From: a virus
Lineage: Duplodnaviria > Caudoviricetes
DNA length: 52,857 nucleotides
Direction: 5' to 3' (one strand)
Virus record (IMG/VR): IMGVR_UViG_3300045970_000732
Span: 1 to 52,857 of that record
Shown: piece after piece, positions 47,074-52,857 of the stretch
Layout: each line of letters starts with the position of its first letter
How positions within the stretch are numbered: the stretch's first letter is position 1
The notes under the pieces: model-generated
What the model saw: the letters and a program-made list of their open reading frames with translations, nothing else
Told to the model about the DNA's origin: nothing
Database searches by the model: none
Made by a program: the position numbers and the translations under genes

Positions 47074-47858
47074 CGACACGGGGCGCCCTACTATTCGCCT
47101 TCAACAATCCAAGGTGTAACTACTTTGCAATGGCGTCAGCAACAGCCGCGCGGATCCGCCGCCACCTTGACCTACCCACGACCGTGATCACGAACACAGA
47201 GAGCATAGGACCTGGCATCGCCTCGTTTGACAAGCTGATCGCCATCTCACCTGACACCAGCAACAACCGCGATGCCTCAATCTGGATCAACAAGGGCCGC
47301 TTCCAAGCCTATGACCTGACACCCTACGATGAAACTCTGCTACTTGACACGGATTTCATGGTGAACTCCAATCAGCTTCTCAAAACGTTTGAGACCTACG
47401 ACGATTTTTGCTGTCATAACAGCACATCGTTCCTGATGAATCCGGGAGTGGCGCAAGAGGCGCTATCACCACTGAGCTTCGACACCCTCTGGGCAACCGT
47501 AGTCACCTTCAGGAAGACCGACCGAACTCACGATATTTTTCAGGCATGGGAGATGGTTCAGAAAAACTACGACCACTATGCCAACCTACATGGCTTCGTC
47601 AATGGCTTCTACCGCAACGACTACGCCCTGACACTGGCACTGAGAATAGCCAACGGGCACTCCACCAACCCACGTGACACCATACCATGGCCCCTACTCC
47701 ACGCTGGTAAAAACACGCAGCTTGAGCGCCTTGACGACACCTCGTATCGCGTAGGCTACGACAACTGGACCCGCGGCAAAATCCGCAAGGAGCATGGCAT
47801 CATTCGTGACACTGACTTCCATGTGATGTCCAAGGACCTGTTCATGGAGCTTGTATGA
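47070..47858 (+). CDS. Nucleotide-diphospho-sugar transferase-like protein (GT-A fold)
   Basis: RGALLFAFN, AYDLTPYDETLLLDTD (DxD), RNDYA. Confidence 0.65.
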   Translation: MTTRGALLFAFNNPRCNYFAMASATAARIRRHLDLPTTVITNTESIGPGIASFDKLIAISPDTSNNRDASIWINKGRFQAYDLTPYDETLLLDTDFMVNSNQLLKTFETYDDFCCHNSTSFLMNPGVAQEALSPLSFDTLWATVVTFRKTDRTHDIFQAWEMVQKNYDHYANLHGFVNGFYRNDYALTLALRIANGHSTNPRDTIPWPLLHAGKNTQLERLDDTSYRVGYDNWTRGKIRKEHGIIRDTDFHVMSKDLFMELV

Positions 47859-48640
47859 GTAGAGGCTATGTGATCGTTGCCGAGAACACCGATGATGTGG
47901 ACTATGTCCGTTGTGCCACGGTCCTCGCCTCATCATTGAAGCGGACGATGCCGGGATGCTCGGTGACCCTGCTGGGCGAAGGCACCTCAAAATATTTTGA
48001 TCATGTCATCCCGCCTGTCCCCATTGACACAATTGACCCGTTCAAAATCGGCAACGACTGTCAGGTCTATGCTTTATCTCCCTATGACCTCACGATCAAG
48101 CTAGAAGCGGACCTCTTCATGTCGGCATCTATCGACCACTGGTGGCCGGTGCTGGAGAGCCGCGATCTGGTGGTCTGCACGACCATCCGTGATTACAAGG
48201 GACAGGTCAGCCACAACCGCACCTATCGTCGCTTCATCGAGGACAACCGCATCCCCAACGTCTACAACGCCATTACCTACTTCAAAAAATCAGCACTTGC
48301 TGAGGAATACTACGCCATAGTGCGAGACATCGCGGAGCACTGGCCGACCTACCGTGCCCTACTCCAATGCCGCCCGGACGAGCCAGTGACCACTGACTGG
48401 GCCTACGCCCTTGCAGCCCACATCCTGACCCCGGAGCGCACAACCCTGCCGACATTCGAGGCAATGTCAATGACCCATATGAAGCAGGCAATCACCGGCT
48501 CCATCACAGAAGACTGGTCCGAGAGCATGGTCACGGAACCCCTGCCACACTGCCTACGCATTCAGACCTACGCGCAGACATACCCATTCCACTATCACTC
48601 CAAGCAGTTCTGTGCTACACTAGAGCGTGTCTATGGTTGA
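47855..48640 (+). CDS. Nucleotide-diphospho-sugar transferase-like protein, paralog of the previous gene
   Basis: RGYVIVAEN..DYV.CA, YALSPYDLTIKLEAD (ExD in place of DxD), FHY. Confidence 0.6.
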   Translation: MSRGYVIVAENTDDVDYVRCATVLASSLKRTMPGCSVTLLGEGTSKYFDHVIPPVPIDTIDPFKIGNDCQVYALSPYDLTIKLEADLFMSASIDHWWPVLESRDLVVCTTIRDYKGQVSHNRTYRRFIEDNRIPNVYNAITYFKKSALAEEYYAIVRDIAEHWPTYRALLQCRPDEPVTTDWAYALAAHILTPERTTLPTFEAMSMTHMKQAITGSITEDWSESMVTEPLPHCLRIQTYAQTYPFHYHSKQFCATLERVYG

Positions 48641-48890
48641 ATATCGTCTATACCACGACAACGGCAAAGTCCTGTTCTACACATGCGAGGCACCTGAGGG
48701 CACCTTCATCACCGTAGATCGACAGACCTATGCCGAAGGCCGATATGATGTGCAGGTCGTCGATGGCCAGGTAGTCCGTAACATGGCACCGAAGCCAACC
48801 TACCTGATTCAAAGCACCACAGGCACCTGTTGCCACCCCGATGACGTAAGCGTGATCACCACTACGGGCATCTACTGGAGAATGAAATGA
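48627..48890 (+). CDS. Hypothetical protein
   Basis: 87-aa ORF (EYRLYHD..G) overlapping both neighbours. Confidence 0.6.
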   Translation: MSMVEYRLYHDNGKVLFYTCEAPEGTFITVDRQTYAEGRYDVQVVDGQVVRNMAPKPTYLIQSTTGTCCHPDDVSVITTTGIYWRMK

Positions 48891-49822
48891 TCCTTGACCT
48901 CGCAGACCTTGATGTAATCTTCTTGACGTATGATGAGCCTAACAAAGAAGAGGCATGGCTCAAAATCAAAAACATGGTGCCATGGGCGAAGCGCGTTGAC
49001 GGAGTGAAAGGCTCTGATGCCGCACACAAGGCAGCAGCCCGCGCCAGTGATACCGAGCGTTTCATACTGGTAGACGGCGATAACGTTCCTGACGAAGATT
49101 TCTTCAACAAGCAGCTTGACTTCACCGACAAGGATCCGTCGTTCTACACGGCACAGTTTCGTTGGAAGGCCAGAAACCATATCAACGGTTTGTGCTACGG
49201 CAACGGCGGGATATCATCATGGACAAAGACCTATGTGGAGAAGATGCGAACACACGAGGCCAGTGACGGTAACCCAAGCCACACTGTAGATTTTTGTATG
49301 GACTCGTCCGACAACCAATATTGGGCCATGCACGACTGCTACTCCACTACCTATCCAAACCACAGTCCCTTCCAAGCATGGAGGGCAGGCTTCAGGGAAG
49401 GCGTCAAAATGTGCCTTGTCAATGGTGACCTACCATCAGTCATAGATTTCAAAGCCACCGTTGCCACACGAAACATGAACAACCTCACGATCTGGCACAA
49501 CGTCGGGCTTGATGTTCAGAACGGAGCATGGGCAATCGCCGGCGCCAGATTCGGCACCTATCAGGTGATGCTCGGAGAGTGGGATCACCGGCGCGTCCAA
49601 TCATTCGAGGTCATCAACCGCCTATGGCAGATGTATGGTGACCTTGATCCAACTGAAGAGGCAGACCGCATGGGAATCATACTTCGAACGAAACTGGCTC
49701 TGCCTATCTGCACCCTTGATGCTGAACAATCAAGATTTTTCAAGCGCCATCAGCCGGAAGTCCGCAACCGTGGCCCTCTTGTAAAAGAGATGGATGTCAT
49801 CAGGAAGTTGGAGGGATGGTGA
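48887..49822 (+). CDS. Glycosyltransferase-like protein (GT-A fold)
   Basis: DVIFLTYDEPN, RVDGVKGSDAAHKAAA, FILVDGDN (DxD), NGL.YGNGG, AWRAGFREGVKM. Confidence 0.65.
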   Translation: MILDLADLDVIFLTYDEPNKEEAWLKIKNMVPWAKRVDGVKGSDAAHKAAARASDTERFILVDGDNVPDEDFFNKQLDFTDKDPSFYTAQFRWKARNHINGLCYGNGGISSWTKTYVEKMRTHEASDGNPSHTVDFCMDSSDNQYWAMHDCYSTTYPNHSPFQAWRAGFREGVKMCLVNGDLPSVIDFKATVATRNMNNLTIWHNVGLDVQNGAWAIAGARFGTYQVMLGEWDHRRVQSFEVINRLWQMYGDLDPTEEADRMGIILRTKLALPICTLDAEQSRFFKRHQPEVRNRGPLVKEMDVIRKLEGW

Positions 49823-51000
49823 GTATATACACTACAAGGCCGAATAGGATTTACAATATTGCGTGTAAGCATGTAGAGGATATTTTACGCAATGATCCAA
49901 ATCCAGGCCGACAATGTGCTATCCCTCATTTTTTCTATGAGTTCAACAATGACCCTGATGTAGTGGTGATTGATGCCTGCCCATCACCTGGGCCCAATGG
50001 AGTGAGCTTTTTGAACATACCTATTGGGGTATTATCATCATATTTGATCAGTGTCACAAAACCATCAACTAAACTCTGTTTTGATAATCTCTATGAGGGC
50101 AATCTCCTACCAATGATCAATGTAATTGCAGCAGCGATTCAGAATACTCCAATTAGAAATGACCAGATATATTATTTTTCCGGAGCATTGGATTGCAGCA
50201 CCTACACTGATATCCCCTTCCATTTATACGGCGGAACGATGTGGGAGGCTGCGACTCGGTCAAGAGAAATCCCACCGACTACCTTTTCCGTCTCACCTAA
50301 ACAAAAGATTTTTTTGTGTATGAATCGCGTCTTACGACCGCATAGACTGATGTTGGTTAGTTTGTTATTGGCGAAAAACATGGTCAGCAATTCATTCTAT
50401 TCATTTTTCCCACTAGGGAGTCATTCAGGTAACGCAACCTCGCACCAAGTTGATGGAACTCTTTCAGAACTTAGTCGCCTGTTGTCACCTGATACTTTCG
50501 CTATGGTTAACTCGTCGTATAGAAAGCACGAGAGTATGTTCCCGTTGACACTAAACATCGAATCCAGCAACAATAAAAACTTCCTCGATGCCAACGATAT
50601 TTATTTGTTCCAGAACAGCTATTTTTCGTTAGTGACAGAAACCTTTTTCTTCAGACGAGAGATGTATAATACAATTGATGAACAAACTATCTTCTTCACC
50701 GAAAAGATATTCAAACCAATATTGATGCACCACCCATTTATGGTAGTGTCGCGCCCAGGTACGCTTCACTATCTCCGTAAAATAGGCTATAAGACGTTTT
50801 CGCCATATGTTGATGAGTCATATGATCTTGTTGAAGATGATCAGGCTAGGATGATGGCTGTCGTAAAAGAAGTTGAGCGCTTGTCTGCATTTACTACAGA
50901 ACAGTGGTTAGAATGGCAGCAAAATGTCAAGGCAACGGTGGATTATAATTATGACACCATTATGAATAAGGCGCACCATAAGTATGCGTTTAGTAGATAG
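49816..51000 (+). CDS. Putative glycosyltransferase / polysaccharide-modifying protein
   Basis: FLCMNR..RPHR, SYFSLVTET, FFTEKIFKPI...HPF, L...GYKTF...DESYD motifs; visibly more AT-rich than its neighbours. Confidence 0.5.
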   Translation: MVSIYTTRPNRIYNIACKHVEDILRNDPNPGRQCAIPHFFYEFNNDPDVVVIDACPSPGPNGVSFLNIPIGVLSSYLISVTKPSTKLCFDNLYEGNLLPMINVIAAAIQNTPIRNDQIYYFSGALDCSTYTDIPFHLYGGTMWEAATRSREIPPTTFSVSPKQKIFLCMNRVLRPHRLMLVSLLLAKNMVSNSFYSFFPLGSHSGNATSHQVDGTLSELSRLLSPDTFAMVNSSYRKHESMFPLTLNIESSNNKNFLDANDIYLFQNSYFSLVTETFFFRREMYNTIDEQTIFFTEKIFKPILMHHPFMVVSRPGTLHYLRKIGYKTFSPYVDESYDLVEDDQARMMAVVKEVERLSAFTTEQWLEWQQNVKATVDYNYDTIMNKAHHKYAFSR

Positions 51001-51007
51001 GATAAAG

Positions 51008-52192
51008 ATGACAACAGTAGCAATGATTGGAGTTGGTAAGTTGGGTCAGGAATGTGCCGAAGTTATGGCACTACATTATGATGTTATCGGTTACGATGTT
51101 GTACCGCGAACACCGGCATTTCCAATGGCTGCGACAATAAAAGAGGCGGTCGTCGGACGAGACATGATCTTTATTGCAGCGCCAACAGGACATGATCCAA
51201 TTTATGGTGGTGAAACACCAACAAGCCATCTTCCCAATAAGGATTTTGATTACAGCATCGTCACAGGCATTCTGAATGAGGTCAACAAATACGTGACCAA
51301 GGATCAGTTGGTGGTTTTGATCAGCACTGTATTACCGGGCACTGTCCGCAACATCCTTGAACCCTGTATCACAAATGCCAGATTCATCTATAACCCATAT
51401 CTGATCGCCATGGGCACCACAAAATGGGACATGGTCAACCCGGAGATGGTGATCATCGGCACTGAAGATGGCAGCGTTACAGGTGATGCTGAGGAATTGA
51501 TGGCCTTTTATCGCCTATTCATGGAAAATGACCCGCGTTATGAAGTAGGTACATGGGACGAGGCAGAGTCGATCAAGATTTTCTACAACACATTCATTTC
51601 GACGAAAGTGGCCTTGGTCAATATGATACAGGATGTCGCAGAGACCAATGGCAACATCAACGTAGATGTGGTGACCAATGCGCTAAAAAATTCTACCCAA
51701 CGAATCACCGGACCGACCTACATGACAGCGGCAATGGGTGATGGTGGTGCCTGTCATCCCCGAGACAATATAGCCCTTCGTTACTTGGCCGAGCGTTTGG
51801 GCCTCGGATATGACTTGTTCGATGCCATCATGAAAGCTCGTGAGGTACAGGCCGAGAGAATGGCTAAAAAATGTATTACACACGGCAACCGCATCACTAT
51901 AGTTGGCAAATCATACAAACCAAAAGTACCATATACAAATGGTTCAGGCAGTCTCCTCGTAGGATACTACATTGAAAAACTAGGTGGTGAGGTGAATTAC
52001 TACGATATACACACCGGAGACCTTGACTTGCGATCAGAATGGAGTGAGGTGTATCTCATTGGTTATTGGGAAGAGTATGTGGAGGCATTAGTTTTCCCAC
52101 CGGGTTCTTTAGTTATTGATCCATGGCGCCGGATTACTGCCACGCAGCACCCAAGATTCATCCATTATGGTAATACGAGAATCCATCGATGA
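51008..52192 (+). CDS. ugd: UDP-glucose/GDP-mannose 6-dehydrogenase family protein
   Basis: Rossmann GVGKLG, ISTVLPGT, AESIKIFYNTF, catalytic GGACHPRD, GKSYKP, IDPWR. Confidence 0.9.
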   Translation: MTTVAMIGVGKLGQECAEVMALHYDVIGYDVVPRTPAFPMAATIKEAVVGRDMIFIAAPTGHDPIYGGETPTSHLPNKDFDYSIVTGILNEVNKYVTKDQLVVLISTVLPGTVRNILEPCITNARFIYNPYLIAMGTTKWDMVNPEMVIIGTEDGSVTGDAEELMAFYRLFMENDPRYEVGTWDEAESIKIFYNTFISTKVALVNMIQDVAETNGNINVDVVTNALKNSTQRITGPTYMTAAMGDGGACHPRDNIALRYLAERLGLGYDLFDAIMKAREVQAERMAKKCITHGNRITIVGKSYKPKVPYTNGSGSLLVGYYIEKLGGEVNYYDIHTGDLDLRSEWSEVYLIGYWEEYVEALVFPPGSLVIDPWRRITATQHPRFIHYGNTRIHR

Positions 52193-52857
52193 ATGATGTT
52201 TTCTATCTGAACGGCAAACCAAATGCCCATCCAAAAGAACGACATGCCGCCTCATTTGCGGATGCTGCCAAGTCATCATCTACGGACCACTTTTGGATCA
52301 TAGACGAACATTCAAACTACGCCGGATTCAACTGGGACTTTGACTTTGAAGCGTTGCCTGATGAGGATGTATGGGCGAAAGATTTTATCAATATATGGCC
52401 AAGCACACACACCAAGGATAGTGGCACATGGCTTTGTCCGAAAAACTTGGGAGATATGATTCAGATCATCAGGACTGATGTTACACCGCTGGCAAGAAAA
52501 CCTACGAGATGGAACATAACACCAGATACCGATGTGACAAACTTTGACTTCACCTGGCAACCCGAGTTTGAGATGCCACCATATATCTATCAGTTCGGAA
52601 CCCTCGTTGATCCGGACGATGGCCCTCGTTATGTGTCAGAGAACGACAACGGCATTGTGGTTCACATTGAGCGAACAGACAAGAAGATCAACGGCACAAT
52701 CTTCCCACGATACCCAATCAAGACTACCCTGCTTGACCTCATTGAGGAACACCCAAGCGAAATATTCTGGGCACTGAATCCCGACATAGACTACTCCAGT
52801 TTTGATTTCTCGTGGTATCCCAATGCCGAAAATGTCTACCATGTGAACACCTTCCTG
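52189..52857 (+). CDS. Hypothetical glycosyltransferase-related protein, 5' part; runs off the window
   Basis: Not in the ORF track. MNDVFYLNGKPN...TDHFWIID...FNWDF...FDFTWQP...YIYQFGT...IFWALNPDIDYSSFDFSWYP; ATGA overlap with ugd, internal FDF.W.P repeats. Confidence 0.65.
   Translation, partial: MNDVFYLNGKPNAHPKERHAASFADAAKSSSTDHFWIIDEHSNYAGFNWDFDFEALPDEDVWAKDFINIWPSTHTKDSGTWLCPKNLGDMIQIIRTDVTPLARKPTRWNITPDTDVTNFDFTWQPEFEMPPYIYQFGTLVDPDDGPRYVSENDNGIVVHIERTDKKINGTIFPRYPIKTTLLDLIEEHPSEIFWALNPDIDYSSFDFSWYPNAENVYHVNTFL

Noticed and set aside
1-52857. Alternative genetic code or stop-codon recoding
   Set aside because: Core genes are full length in the standard code, and TAA, TAG and TGA all end genes at tight junctions.

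Overview
The window is a 52.9-kb segment of a large T4-superfamily-like myovirus genome, read in the standard genetic code. From left to right it holds: (1) a head module on the minus strand (5' end of the gp21 prohead protease, a GIY-YIG homing endonuclease, an acidic prohead-core protein, the gp20 portal) and a tape-measure-like protein; (2) a divergent gp26/gp51-like pair joined by a -1 slippery site; (3) an ~800-nt non-coding but strongly structured interval; (4) a solo GIY-YIG gene and gp46/gp47/gp55 on the minus strand; (5) a plus-strand baseplate/tail operon (gp48/54-like, gp53, gp27-like, gp5, gp25, gp6, a 6343-aa virion protein, a second homing endonuclease, fibre genes); (6) a glycosyltransferase/UDP-sugar dehydrogenase cluster running off the right end. 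T4-type late promoters (core TAAATA) recur throughout. The strongest novelty candidate is a putative large late-transcribed ncRNA (about 8692 to 7970, minus strand) directly downstream of the solo GIY-YIG gene, with nested long-range stems and a 5' array of covarying hairpin repeats. Product calls rest on motif recognition and gene order only; no database searches were run.
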